From a virus (taxonomy: Duplodnaviria; Heunggongvirae; Uroviricota; Caudoviricetes), in the IMG/VR virus record IMGVR_UViG_2645728091_000016: a DNA stretch of 34,413 bases. The stretch is one strand, 5' to 3'. The notes under the pieces are model-generated. The model was given only the letters and a program-made list of their open reading frames with translations, was not told the origin of the DNA and made no database searches. A program made the translations under genes and the position numbers. Below are positions 1-8,680 of the stretch, one piece after another (position 1 is the first letter of the stretch; every line of letters begins with the position of its first letter).

Positions 1-192
1 TTATCGCGAGTTTTTAGTACAGATTTTTTTTGATTTACTAATAGTTCCATCATTGCAAACGAACTTTCCATCGGAGGTACAGTGAGAGACACCTCCCTTT
101 TTCCCAGAACAAGGATAATTTTTAGCATAGGTAGTTAGTGGGTTTAATAACAAAGAGCATGATAAAACCACAAAAAATACCTTACCAAGCAT
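1..192 (-). CDS. small secreted cysteine-rich protein (signal peptide plus about 40-aa mature part with 4 Cys); possible moron downstream of cI
   Basis: Complete 63-aa ORF; N-terminus [23 protein letters not shown] looks like a Sec signal peptide; lies downstream of cI on the same strand. Confidence 0.4.
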   Translation of the reverse strand: MLGKVFFVVLSCSLLLNPLTTYAKNYPCSGKKGGVSHCTSDGKFVCNDGTISKSKKICTKNSR

Positions 193-207
193 AGTTTCCT
201 CCCGGTA

Positions 208-777
208 TTACCTAACGTACTTAATTGTTAAACTTATAATTTTCCCAATTATTTCAACATCTTCTATCTTGCACTCGAAGGCTCTGTTTCCACCCTCGAC
301 GAAGATTCTTCCACCGGGTAAACGAGTAATGTCACGGATCGTTATTTCGCCATCAATACTTATTACCCATTTACCATCACGTATATCATCAAATTCCTTA
401 TCACAAATAAATTCAGAATTATTATCTGTGATTACAAAAAGATTCTTGAATGCCGACGGTAGAAATTCTCTATCGAAAATATAAAAACCGTCTTCACACA
501 AGGCCCCATCAGATAATACATATTTAGCAACTTCCATAGTATTTGTATTACCTGAAGTTTGCTTTGAACCATGCCCGGTTGTGAGCCAATTAAGCGAGGT
601 GCCTGTTTCAAGGGCGCACTGGATTACCCATTCTGCTGGGAATGAGTCACGCATGTAGCGTGTGGCGAGTGTACTTTTAGAGATTCCTAAATGATCGCAC
701 AACGCCTGTCGAGTCTTGAATCCATAAGCTTCTACCATGCGCTCTATAGCGCCTCGTCCGCCTTTCTCCAAATTCAT
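208..777 (-). CDS. cI: phage 186-type CI immunity repressor
   Basis: 189 aa from ATG at 777 (track starts at in-frame GTG 783); N-terminal HTH-like segment (QALCDHLGISKSTLATRYMRD); divergent from Apl-like/CII genes as in phage 186. Confidence 0.75.
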   Translation of the reverse strand: MNLEKGGRGAIERMVEAYGFKTRQALCDHLGISKSTLATRYMRDSFPAEWVIQCALETGTSLNWLTTGHGSKQTSGNTNTMEVAKYVLSDGALCEDGFYIFDREFLPSAFKNLFVITDNNSEFICDKEFDDIRDGKWVISIDGEITIRDITRLPGGRIFVEGGNRAFECKIEDVEIIGKIISLTIKYVR

Positions 778-801
778 GGTCACTCCAAGTGAACTTTTAT
801 C

Positions 802-830
802 TTGACGATTTCACTGTGCGATCGTATGTT
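802..830 (+). promoter_or_regulatory. putative sigma70 lytic promoter (pR-like) in the cI/apl switch region: -35 TTGACG (802-807), 17-bp spacer, -10 TATGTT (825-830)
   Basis: Read directly from sequence; sits about 70 bp upstream of the Apl-like ATG at 903. Confidence 0.45.
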
Positions 831-902
831 TATGGTGTTCACAAAATACAAACGATCCGTATTCGTCCTGATTAATCATCATTAAACGAGGAATGTTGCA
901 TC

Positions 903-1124
903 ATGAGACCTAACATTTCAATCACTCTTACCACCCCTCATGTGACTATTGAACGCTATAGCGAGCTGACAGGGCTATCCATCGATACCATCAATGACAT
1001 GTTGGCTGATGGACGCCTTATCCGTCACCGTCTGCGCAAAGATAAAAAACGCGAAAAAGTGATGATCAACATAGCAGCAATGACCGTTGATGCGCTTTCA
1101 GAATGCAATCTAAACCTTAATTAG
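903..1124 (+). CDS. Apl/Cox-like small DNA-binding regulator/excisionase (first gene of the lytic operon)
   Basis: 73-aa basic protein, ATG at 903 with GAGG upstream; position immediately divergent from cI as for 186 apl / P2 cox. Confidence 0.5.
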   Translation: MRPNISITLTTPHVTIERYSELTGLSIDTINDMLADGRLIRHRLRKDKKREKVMINIAAMTVDALSECNLNLN

Positions 1125-1156
1125 TTCGATTCTGAAATACATCAGAGGCATTGACC

Positions 1157-1666
1157 ATGTTTGATTACCAAGTTTCCAAACATCCACATTTTGATGAAGC
1201 CTGTCGTGCATTCGCATTGCGCCACAACCTGGTGCAACTGGCAGAACGTGCTGGCATGAATGTGCAGATTCTGCGGAACAAGTTGAACCCAGCGCAACCT
1301 CATTTATTAACCGCACCAGAAATCTGGCTGCTTACCGATCTGACTGAAGATTCAACGCTGGTAGATGGTTTTCTGGCTCAGATTCACTGCCTGCCATGCG
1401 TACCGATTAATGAGGTGGCAAAAGAGAAACTGCCACATTACGTCATGAGTGCAACCGCAGAGATCGGGCGTGTTGCTGCAGGTGCGGTATCTGGCGATGT
1501 AAAAACCAGTGCAGGTCGTCGTGATGCTATCAGCAGCATTAACTCTGTAACACGACTGATGGCGTTGGCTGCTGTTTCATTGCAGGCCCGTTTACAGGCT
1601 AACCCTGCGATGGCGAGTGCAGTTGATACCGTGACTGGCCTCGGTGCTTCATTCGGTTTGCTGTGA
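1157..1666 (+). CDS. cII: phage 186-type CII regulatory protein
   Basis: 169 aa from ATG 1157 (AGAGG 8 nt upstream); size and position match 186 CII. Confidence 0.65.
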   Translation: MFDYQVSKHPHFDEACRAFALRHNLVQLAERAGMNVQILRNKLNPAQPHLLTAPEIWLLTDLTEDSTLVDGFLAQIHCLPCVPINEVAKEKLPHYVMSATAEIGRVAAGAVSGDVKTSAGRRDAISSINSVTRLMALAAVSLQARLQANPAMASAVDTVTGLGASFGLL

Positions 1667-1673
1667 GGTGCTT

Positions 1674-1874
1674 ATGCTGACGAAAGAACCATCATTTGCA
1701 TCGCTGCTGGTAAAGCAAAGCCCGGCAATGCACTACGGTCACGGCTGGATCATGGGTGAGGATGGAAAACGCTGGCATCCGTGCCGTTCACAAGATGAAT
1801 TGCTGGCAGAACTATCTACGAAAAAACGGGGGAACAAATGGCTATTGAAGGCGCTGCGGCGACTGTTCCATTAA
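1674..1874 (+). CDS. small early-region protein of unknown function (possibly Fil-like)
   Basis: ATG 1674 preceded by GAGGTG; 66 aa; in early operon. Confidence 0.4.
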   Translation: MLTKEPSFASLLVKQSPAMHYGHGWIMGEDGKRWHPCRSQDELLAELSTKKRGNKWLLKALRRLFH

Positions 1875-2179
1875 GACCCGGTGAACGCCTGAATGGACTT
1901 AATCATATTGCGGAGTTAAGGGCGAAAGTTTTTGGTTTGAATATTGAGTCAGAGCTTGAGCGGTTTATTAAAGATATGCGTGATCCACGGGATATCAATA
2001 ATGAACAAAATAAACGGGCACTGGCTGCCATATTCTTTATGGCAAAAATTCCAGCTGAACGTCATAGCATCAGCATTAATGAGCTGACCACTGACGAAAA
2101 GCGGGAGTTGATTAAAGCAATGAATCATTTTCGTGCAGTGGTGAGCTTATTTCCCAGACGGCTAACCATGCCGAATTAA
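1838..2179 (+). CDS. hypothetical early-region protein
   Basis: 113-aa ORF, ATG 1838 with GGGGGA upstream; overlaps previous ORF end. Confidence 0.5.
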   Translation: MAIEGAAATVPLRPGERLNGLNHIAELRAKVFGLNIESELERFIKDMRDPRDINNEQNKRALAAIFFMAKIPAERHSISINELTTDEKRELIKAMNHFRAVVSLFPRRLTMPN

Positions 2180-2246
2180 CCAACTAATGAAATTAATGGC
2201 GTAAACCCGCCGGGCATCCCTTTATCTAAATTCAGGAGAATTGCTT

Positions 2247-2480
2247 ATGCGTAATATTGAAACCCTCACGACCAAAACCGGACCGGATGATGCAGGTCTT
2301 AATCTTTTACTGACAGAGGCTCGTCTGGAAGAACGCCGGGCAAGGGCTGAAGCAATGGCTGCTCGCCTCGATAGCCTGGCGTGTCATATCACCTCCCGCC
2401 AGCTAAACCACGTCGAAGCGGCAGAACTGCTGCGTGTGACTGCTGAAGCAATCCAGAACGAAGCGCAGGAGATCCACTGA
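2247..2480 (+). CDS. small early protein (DUF2732-like, by recollection only)
   Basis: ATG 2247 with AGGAG 8 nt upstream; 77 aa, Arg/Ala/Glu-rich helical. Confidence 0.5.
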   Translation: MRNIETLTTKTGPDDAGLNLLLTEARLEERRARAEAMAARLDSLACHITSRQLNHVEAAELLRVTAEAIQNEAQEIH

Positions 2481-2707
2481 TGGCTGATGCAATGGATCTC
2501 GTACAGCAGCGCGTTGAAGAAGAACGCCAACGCCATATCCGTGCTGCTCGTGCCAAAACGCCGGGCGTGTCCCGCGTGCTTTGCGTTGAGTGTGAAGCGC
2601 CAATTCCGCCAGCACGCCGCCGTGCCATTCCTGGAGTGCAGCTTTGCATTACCTGCCAGGAAATCGCAGAGCTGAAAGGCAAACATTACAACGGAGGTGC
2701 TGTATGA
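2480..2707 (+). CDS. TraR/DksA-family C4 zinc-finger protein
   Basis: CVECEAPIP...RRAIPGVQLCITCQ two CxxC pairs, resembling F-plasmid TraR; ATG overlaps upstream stop (TGATG). Confidence 0.7.
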   Translation: MADAMDLVQQRVEEERQRHIRAARAKTPGVSRVLCVECEAPIPPARRRAIPGVQLCITCQEIAELKGKHYNGGAV

Positions 2708-3561
2708 GCACCATCCTGAAATGGGCGGGTAATAAAACCGCCATTATGTCCGAACTGAAAAAATACCTTCCTGCTGGCCCGCGACTGGTTGAACCTTTCG
2801 CGGGTTCTTGTGCTGTGATGATGGCGACGGATTACCCCAGCTATCTGGTTGCGGATATTAATCCTGATTTAATCAACCTCTATAAAAAGATTGCCGCTGA
2901 TTGCGAAGCGTTTATATCTCGTGCCAAAGTTTTATTTGAGGAAGCAAACAGTGAGCTGGCTTATTACAACATAAGACAGGAGTTTAATTACTCAACTGAA
3001 ATTACTGATTTCATGAAGGCGATATATTTCCTATATCTCAATCGTCACGGTTACCGTGGTTTATGTCGCTATAACAAGAGCGGGTATTTCAACATTCCCT
3101 ACGGTAATTATAAAAATCCGTATTTCCCTGAAAAAGAAATTCGCGCATTTGCAGAGAAAGCCCAGCGGGCAACGTTTATCTGCGCGAGCTTTGATGAAAC
3201 GCTGGCGATGCTGCAGGTGGGGGATGTGGTGTATTGCGATCCGCCGTATGACGGTACGTTTTCCGGCTATCACACTGATGGTTTCACTGAAGATGACCAG
3301 TATCACCTGGCATCCATTCTTGAACATCGGTCATCAGAAGGACATCCGGTCATTGTTTCTAACAATGACACATCCCTGATTCGTTCGCTGTATCGCAATT
3401 TTACTCACCACTATATCAAGGCAAAACGCAGCATCGGCGTGTCAGCTGGCGAGGGTAAATCTGCAACAGAAATCATTGCTGTTTCCGGGCCGAGCTGCTG
3501 GTTGGGATTTGATCCTTCGCGTGGCGTGGATAGTTCTGCCGTGTACAGAGTGTGTGTATGA
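2704..3561 (+). CDS. dam: Dam-family DNA adenine-N6 methyltransferase
   Basis: [15 protein letters not shown] (SAM-binding motif I) and DPPY (motif IV); ATGA overlaps with both neighbours. Confidence 0.85.
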   Translation: MSTILKWAGNKTAIMSELKKYLPAGPRLVEPFAGSCAVMMATDYPSYLVADINPDLINLYKKIAADCEAFISRAKVLFEEANSELAYYNIRQEFNYSTEITDFMKAIYFLYLNRHGYRGLCRYNKSGYFNIPYGNYKNPYFPEKEIRAFAEKAQRATFICASFDETLAMLQVGDVVYCDPPYDGTFSGYHTDGFTEDDQYHLASILEHRSSEGHPVIVSNNDTSLIRSLYRNFTHHYIKAKRSIGVSAGEGKSATEIIAVSGPSCWLGFDPSRGVDSSAVYRVCV

Positions 3562-5972
3562 GTCATGACGATATGAACAATTGCAGCGGCTTTAACGAGG
3601 CCGCCGCAGCATTTTCATGGAACGGCTCGAAAAAGGCCATTAACCCTTATCTGGACCCGGCGGAAGTTGCGCCGGAGTCTGCACTTTCAAACCTGATCAC
3701 TCTGTACGCTGCCGATAACGAGCAGGAACAACTGCGCCGCGAGGCACTGAGTGAGCAGGTCTGGGAGCGTTATTTCTTTAATGAATCCCGTGATCCTGTC
3801 CAGCGCGAAATGGAGCAGGATAAGCTCATTAGCCGGGCAAAGCTGGCGCATGAGCAGCAGCGTTTTAATCCGGACATGGTCATTCTGGCGGACGTAAACG
3901 CCCAGCCTTCCCATATCAGCAAGCCGCTGATGCAACGTATTGAATACTTCAGCAGCCTGGGCAGGCCAAAGGCTTATTCCCGCTATTTGCGTGAGACGAT
4001 TAAGCCATGTCTGGAGCGACTGGATTGTGTACGTGACAGTCAGCTATCTGTTTCTTTCCGTTTTATGGCAAGCCATCAAGGGCTGGAGGGTCTGCTGATC
4101 CTGCCTGAAATGAGCCAGGATCAGGTGAAACGCCTGTCCACCCTGGTAGCAGCGCATATGAGCATGTGTCTTGAGGACGCTTGTGGTGATTTGTATGCCA
4201 CCGATGACGTTAAGCCAGAAGAAATCCGCAAGACATGGGAAAAGGTGGCAGCGGAAACCCTGCGTCTGGATGTTATCCCGCCTGCGTTTGAGAAACTTCG
4301 TCGGAAAAGAAACCGCCGCAAACCAGTGCCCTATGAACTCATCCCGGGTTCGCTGGCGCGTATGTTGTGTGCCGACTGGTGGTATCGGAAATTATGGAAG
4401 ATGCGTTGCGAATGGCGGGAAGAGCAGTTGCGTGCTGTCTGCCTGGTCAGCAAAAAAGCATCCCCCTATGTCAGCTATGAAGCCGTGATGCATAAACGTG
4501 AGCAGCGCCGTAAGTCGCTGGAGTTTTTTCGTTCTCATGAACTGGTGAACGAAGACGGCGACACGCTGGATATGGAAGATGTGGTAAACGCCAGCAGCAG
4601 CAACCCGGCGCATCGCCGCAATGAGATGATGGCCTGTGTTAAAGGTCTGGAGCTTATCGCGGAAATGCGCAGTGACTGTGCCGTTTTCTACACTATCACC
4701 TGTCCGTCGCGTTTCCATTCCACGCTCAATAACGGCAGACCAAACCCGACCTGGACAAACGCGACGGTAAGACAAAGTAGCGATTATCTGGTCGGCATGT
4801 TTGCTGCATTTCGTAAGGCTATGCATAAAGCCGAGTTGCGCTGGTATGGCGTGCGGGTAGCTGAGCCGCATCATGACGGTACTGTGCACTGGCATCTCAT
4901 GTGTTTCATGCGTAAAAAAGACCGCCGCGCCATCACTGCATTACTGCGTAAGTTTGCCATCCGTGAAGACCGCGAGGAGCTGGGCAATAACACGGGACCA
5001 CGCTTTAAGTCTGAGCTGATAAACCCGCGCAAAGGTACGCCAACAAGCTATATCGCGAAATACATCAGTAAGAACATTGACGGGCGTGGTCTGGCTGGGG
5101 AGATCAGCAAGGAAACGGGTAAATCCCTGCGTGATAACGCTGAATACGTTAATGCCTGGGCGTCTCTGCATCGTGTTCAGCAATTCCGCTTCTTTGGCAT
5201 TCCGGGGCGTCAGGCTTACCGTGAACTGCGATTGCTGGCTGGTCAGGCGGCAAGGCAACAGGGTGACAAAAAAGCAGGTGCGCCGGTACTGGATAACCCG
5301 CGCCTTGATGCCATTCTGGCTGCTGCTGATGCTGGTTGTTTTGCCACCTATATCATGAAGCAGGGTGGCGTACTGGTTCCCCGTAAATATCACCTCATCA
5401 GAACCGCTTATGAAATCAACGAAGAGCCAACCGCTTATGGCGATCACGGTATTCGTATTTATGGCATCTGGTCACCCATTGCAGAGGGCAAGATCTGCAC
5501 TCATGCGGTGAAGTGGAAAATGGTTCGTAAGGCCGTTGACGTTCAGGAGGCGGCTGCCGACCAGGGCGCTTGCGCCCCTTGGACTCGTGGCAATAACTGT
5601 CCCCTTGCTGAAAATTTGAACCAACAGGAGAAAGATAAATCAGCTGATGGGGACTCCAGAACGGACATTACCAGCATGGATGACAAGGAGTTGCACGATT
5701 ACCTGCACAGTATGAGCAAAAAAGAGCGCCGGGAACTGGCAGCAAGGTTACGCCTGGTGAAACCGAAACGGCGTAAAGACTACAAACAGCGAATTACAGA
5801 CCATCAGCGACTGCAGCTCGTGTATGAGCTGAAGTCCAGAGGATTTGATGGCAGCGAGAAAGAGGTCGATTTACTCCTTCGCGGAGGCAGTATTCCGTCA
5901 GGAGCAGGCCTGCGTATCTTCTATCGGAACCAGCGTTTGCAGGAAGATGATCAGTGGCGGAACCTGTATTAA
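3558..5972 (+). CDS. A: replication initiation endonuclease (P2 gpA-type rolling-circle initiator)
   Basis: About 805 aa from ATG 3558; HUH-type motif TVHWHLM; position after early operon. Confidence 0.9.
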   Translation: MSHDDMNNCSGFNEAAAAFSWNGSKKAINPYLDPAEVAPESALSNLITLYAADNEQEQLRREALSEQVWERYFFNESRDPVQREMEQDKLISRAKLAHEQQRFNPDMVILADVNAQPSHISKPLMQRIEYFSSLGRPKAYSRYLRETIKPCLERLDCVRDSQLSVSFRFMASHQGLEGLLILPEMSQDQVKRLSTLVAAHMSMCLEDACGDLYATDDVKPEEIRKTWEKVAAETLRLDVIPPAFEKLRRKRNRRKPVPYELIPGSLARMLCADWWYRKLWKMRCEWREEQLRAVCLVSKKASPYVSYEAVMHKREQRRKSLEFFRSHELVNEDGDTLDMEDVVNASSSNPAHRRNEMMACVKGLELIAEMRSDCAVFYTITCPSRFHSTLNNGRPNPTWTNATVRQSSDYLVGMFAAFRKAMHKAELRWYGVRVAEPHHDGTVHWHLMCFMRKKDRRAITALLRKFAIREDREELGNNTGPRFKSELINPRKGTPTSYIAKYISKNIDGRGLAGEISKETGKSLRDNAEYVNAWASLHRVQQFRFFGIPGRQAYRELRLLAGQAARQQGDKKAGAPVLDNPRLDAILAAADAGCFATYIMKQGGVLVPRKYHLIRTAYEINEEPTAYGDHGIRIYGIWSPIAEGKICTHAVKWKMVRKAVDVQEAAADQGACAPWTRGNNCPLAENLNQQEKDKSADGDSRTDITSMDDKELHDYLHSMSKKERRELAARLRLVKPKRRKDYKQRITDHQRLQLVYELKSRGFDGSEKEVDLLLRGGSIPSGAGLRIFYRNQRLQEDDQWRNLY

Positions 5973-6064
5973 TTCCGCGGGCTAACAATTCGTGCTCTTA
6001 ATAATACCAAGCATATCATGCTGATGAATGTAAAAAAACGTTTTACATCAGTAAGATTATTATA

Positions 6065-6084
6065 TACTGTAAATATAAACAGTG
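6065..6084 (+). promoter_or_regulatory. LexA (SOS) box TACTGTAAATATAAACAGTG
   Basis: CTGT-N8-ACAG with AT-rich spacer at 6067-6082, about 45 bp upstream of ATG 6126. Confidence 0.7.
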
Positions 6085-6125
6085 GTTATGCATACAGTGT
6101 TGCTTGTGGTGTCATAGGAGGAAAA

Positions 6126-6314
6126 ATGCAGGACTATTTTTTGGAGTCTTTGAAGCTCCAGCGCATTGATTTTTTTCTTAAGCTTGTAGCGGCTAGTGAG
6201 TGTAGTGATGAAGAGAAGGGGCTGGCTCTGCAGTGGGTTTCTGAATTGACTGATGAACTCATGGCAAAGATCAGAATCCACGAATACAGCCGCTCAATGG
6301 ATGTCATCAGTTGA
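6126..6314 (+). CDS. small SOS-controlled protein, possible Tum-type antirepressor module
   Basis: 62-aa ORF, ATG 6126 with GGAGG upstream; directly downstream of LexA box; position equals 186 tum. Confidence 0.45.
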   Translation: MQDYFLESLKLQRIDFFLKLVAASECSDEEKGLALQWVSELTDELMAKIRIHEYSRSMDVIS

Positions 6315-6324
6315 GGTGACTTTT

Positions 6325-6558
6325 ATGCGCATTGAAATAATGATCGATAAAGAGCAAAAAATTAGCCAGTCTACCCTGGACGCCCTTGAATCCGAGCTTT
6401 ACCGCAATCTGCGCCCCCTGTATCCCAAAGCGGTAATTCGTATCCGTAAAGGTAGCTCTAATGGTGTGGAACTGACCGGACTGCAACTGGACGAAGAAAG
6501 AAAACAAGTGATGAAAATTATGCAGAAGGTGTGGGAAGACGACAGCTGGCTGCATTAA
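6325..6558 (+). CDS. DinI-family protein
   Basis: MRIEIMIDK...LDALESEL...KIMQKVWEDDSWLH aligns along its length to E. coli DinI as recalled; ATG 6325 with GAGGTGA upstream. Confidence 0.8.
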   Translation: MRIEIMIDKEQKISQSTLDALESELYRNLRPLYPKAVIRIRKGSSNGVELTGLQLDEERKQVMKIMQKVWEDDSWLH

Positions 6559-6560
6559 GA

Positions 6561-6603
6561 AACGTTGCTGGCGTCTGAACTTGCTTCTGACGTCAGCAAC
6601 GTT
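6561..6603. terminator. strong stem-loop (15-bp stem with one G-U pair, 13-nt loop) between convergent DinI-like gene and orf177; putative bidirectional terminator
   Basis: AACGTTGCTGGCGTC...GACGTCAGCAACGTT inverted repeat seen directly; no clean U-tract. Confidence 0.35.
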
Positions 6604-6824
6604 GAACAACTAGTTTAGTGGGGCATTAGTCATGGGGTAAAATACAGTAACCATTATTTTCACTTCCGCTCAGATTTAACCGAACGTTAGTTTTGCTACG
6701 TATGATGGGCTGCAAATTACCTTTTGGGATTTGTGATAGATACGAAAATCCTATTAGATGCTTGTTAGACCGGAAGCGCCACTTCGAACGAAAAGTAATG
6801 GCCACTTATGCCGGTTTAAAAGCC

Positions 6825-7358
6825 TTAACCTTGTATAGTTATTTGAATATTTTCTTCATTAACACCAAAGTATAGGGCTAGCCCTGCTTTTGCCTCCTGA
6901 AGTGTTAACGGCTTAACTACATTTTCTTCTTCTTCTTCTTCGTACTCATCACCCGCTTGATCGACAATCGAATTAGTCGGGGTTAATTTGGGAAGAGCTT
7001 TAAATTCCAACTTGTCAGCCTCAATGCCAATGTCTTTGAGGTTGCGATAAGAAACGGGATTCCGATTGCCATCCCATTGTCCTGGGATGTCAATTTCAGC
7101 ATAAGAATTGATGTTTATGATCCAGCGTTTAGGGTTTTCTGGAGCCCTGCTTACTCCCGAGATTCGACCGATCATAAAAGCATGATGATGTTTTGCTTCT
7201 TGTGATCCCCAGTCCTTTCTCGAATTTTGTACACAAACTAAATATTCGTGCTTAGCTGCATGGCTGGCGTCAAGTCTCCATGCTTGGCTTCCCCCTGTGT
7301 TCAAAATCTCTGTTAAACCACGAGCAGTAAGTACAGTAATACAGTTGGTAGTAGCCAT
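6825..7358 (-). CDS. uncharacterised 177-aa accessory protein (orphan cargo gene; candidate anti-phage function)
   Basis: Clean ORF with ATG at 7358 and TAA stop; AT-rich; opposite strand to flanking phage genes; acidic EYEEEEEEN tract and HHH triplet; no family recognised by eye. Confidence 0.7.
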   Translation of the reverse strand: MATTNCITVLTARGLTEILNTGGSQAWRLDASHAAKHEYLVCVQNSRKDWGSQEAKHHHAFMIGRISGVSRAPENPKRWIININSYAEIDIPGQWDGNRNPVSYRNLKDIGIEADKLEFKALPKLTPTNSIVDQAGDEYEEEEEENVVKPLTLQEAKAGLALYFGVNEENIQITIQG

Positions 7359-7675
7359 TGAATTGTGACCCCGTCTTTTTTAGAAAAATACTGTTGATGA
7401 ATGTAGTTTACGTATTTTTTTATGGAGTAGTCAAGTTAGTATTATGCTCATTATTGGCTGTTTGTTGAGTGTTGTGAGTTGGTACTTTGTGTAGTACCTC
7501 TTGATTTATGATGATTAAATCTAAGTTATGACAAAGGGAGGCAGGGGGAACGCGCAGCGCAAGGTGGACAGGAGGCCATAAGGACTCACTTGAAGTAAGA
7601 AAAGATCGATAAAGCAACAATGCATGTCTATGCCGCATGAATTCGCATGATCGTTTGAGGATCGTTTTAGTTGAG

Positions 7676-7703
7676 GCCCGCCAGGAATGGCGGGCTTTTG
7701 TTT
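7676..7703 (+). terminator. rho-independent terminator GCCCGCC-AGGAAT-GGCGGGC followed by TTTTGTTT
   Basis: 7-bp GC stem plus T-tract read from sequence, inside the 480-bp non-coding stretch. Confidence 0.55.
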
Positions 7704-7744
7704 ATGTCATGCAAGTGCATGAAAACCACTACATAAAGCGGGCA

Positions 7745-7763
7745 GGCGTGGCGGGGATACGAG
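7745..7763. other. putative cos site (cohesive-end sequence) GGCGTGGCGGGGATACGAG
   Basis: First 13 nt match the 186 cohesive end as I recall it (GGCGTGGCGGGGAAAGCAT); GC-rich island in AT-rich DNA, upstream of the Q/P packaging genes. Confidence 0.45.
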
Positions 7764-7864
7764 CGCGCGAAATCCCTCTAATTTGAGCTAATCTGTTGAA
7801 AGTCATCCATTATTAATGATAAAAATTAGATGCGGATAATAAAAGTTAACAAAAGGTTGCAAAA

Positions 7865-8680
7865 TTGAACATTAATTTTGATGTTGTGATCAAGAGCGAT
7901 GATCATCAGGTTGATATGGATTATGGGTTGAAGACCCTGGCAGGAACTTCTAGAGTTGTTTCAACTATGGCTGAGGCAATTTTAAAAAAAGAGGTTTCGG
8001 AAAGAAGAACGAGTGTTAATGATATTAGGACACAGCTAAAGCAGAGTTTTAAAAGCTCTTATGGGCAAAATTTCTGTATTGAAGTTAATGATCCCGTTTT
8101 AAAAAGAAAATTAAAGAAAATGGGACACGATGTTTTTTGCGAAGTTATGTCCTATTATATTTCAGAGTCTATGTTTTTGGAGGCTAATAAATTAAGTTCG
8201 GCTGCTCAGGATGTTGTAAATGATCTTAATGATATAGAAGATAAATTGCTGGAGGTATTACGTCGAGGATTAATTGATATGCATAAAATAACTACAATGA
8301 GTAGTTTTAATGTCGAGCTAAATCATCACCCTCGTGGTAATAGGCAGCGAATTGCAACATTAACTCCGAAGACAGCTAAACATATTACAGAGACCGAAGA
8401 GGGTACTAGTGAATATCAGATTGATGTCATTTTTACTCGTTTTAATTCAATGACAGGTAACGGTCGGCTTATTGTAAGAAATGACGATAAAACAACCGCC
8501 TTTGGTCTTGCAAAAGGATTACGATTTGTTCCTTTGCACTTTAAAAAGAAAATTACTGAGAATCTTCATAAGAACAATGGATTAACTAAGCAAAATTGGC
8601 AATATGTAACGTTAACTGTACATGATTTAAAATTGGCTGGCGGGGAAGTAGTAAAATATTTTATTCATGAGATTTCATAG
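7865..8680 (+). CDS. uncharacterised soluble protein, gene A of a two-gene accessory operon (candidate defence sensor/enzyme)
   Basis: 271-aa ORF from TTG 7865 (AAGG 8 nt upstream); alternative in-frame starts GTG 7886 and ATG 7916; AT-rich; no motif recognised. Confidence 0.65.
   Translation: MNINFDVVIKSDDHQVDMDYGLKTLAGTSRVVSTMAEAILKKEVSERRTSVNDIRTQLKQSFKSSYGQNFCIEVNDPVLKRKLKKMGHDVFCEVMSYYISESMFLEANKLSSAAQDVVNDLNDIEDKLLEVLRRGLIDMHKITTMSSFNVELNHHPRGNRQRIATLTPKTAKHITETEEGTSEYQIDVIFTRFNSMTGNGRLIVRNDDKTTAFGLAKGLRFVPLHFKKKITENLHKNNGLTKQNWQYVTLTVHDLKLAGGEVVKYFIHEIS

Noticed and set aside
1-207. Integrase directly downstream of cI
   Set aside because: Only a complete 63-aa ORF fits before the window edge; integrase must lie left of the window.
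2384-2686. Cluster of short minus-strand and alternative-frame ORFs overlapping the DUF2732-like and TraR-like genes
   Set aside because: Overlap better-supported plus-strand genes that have RBSs and translational coupling.
4392-5447. Two roughly 167-aa minus-strand ORFs inside replication gene A
   Set aside because: Embedded antisense to A; no ribosome-binding context.
7420-7638. 72-aa minus-strand ORF in the non-coding stretch near cos
   Set aside because: No RBS, low-complexity translation, lies in a region more plausibly regulatory.
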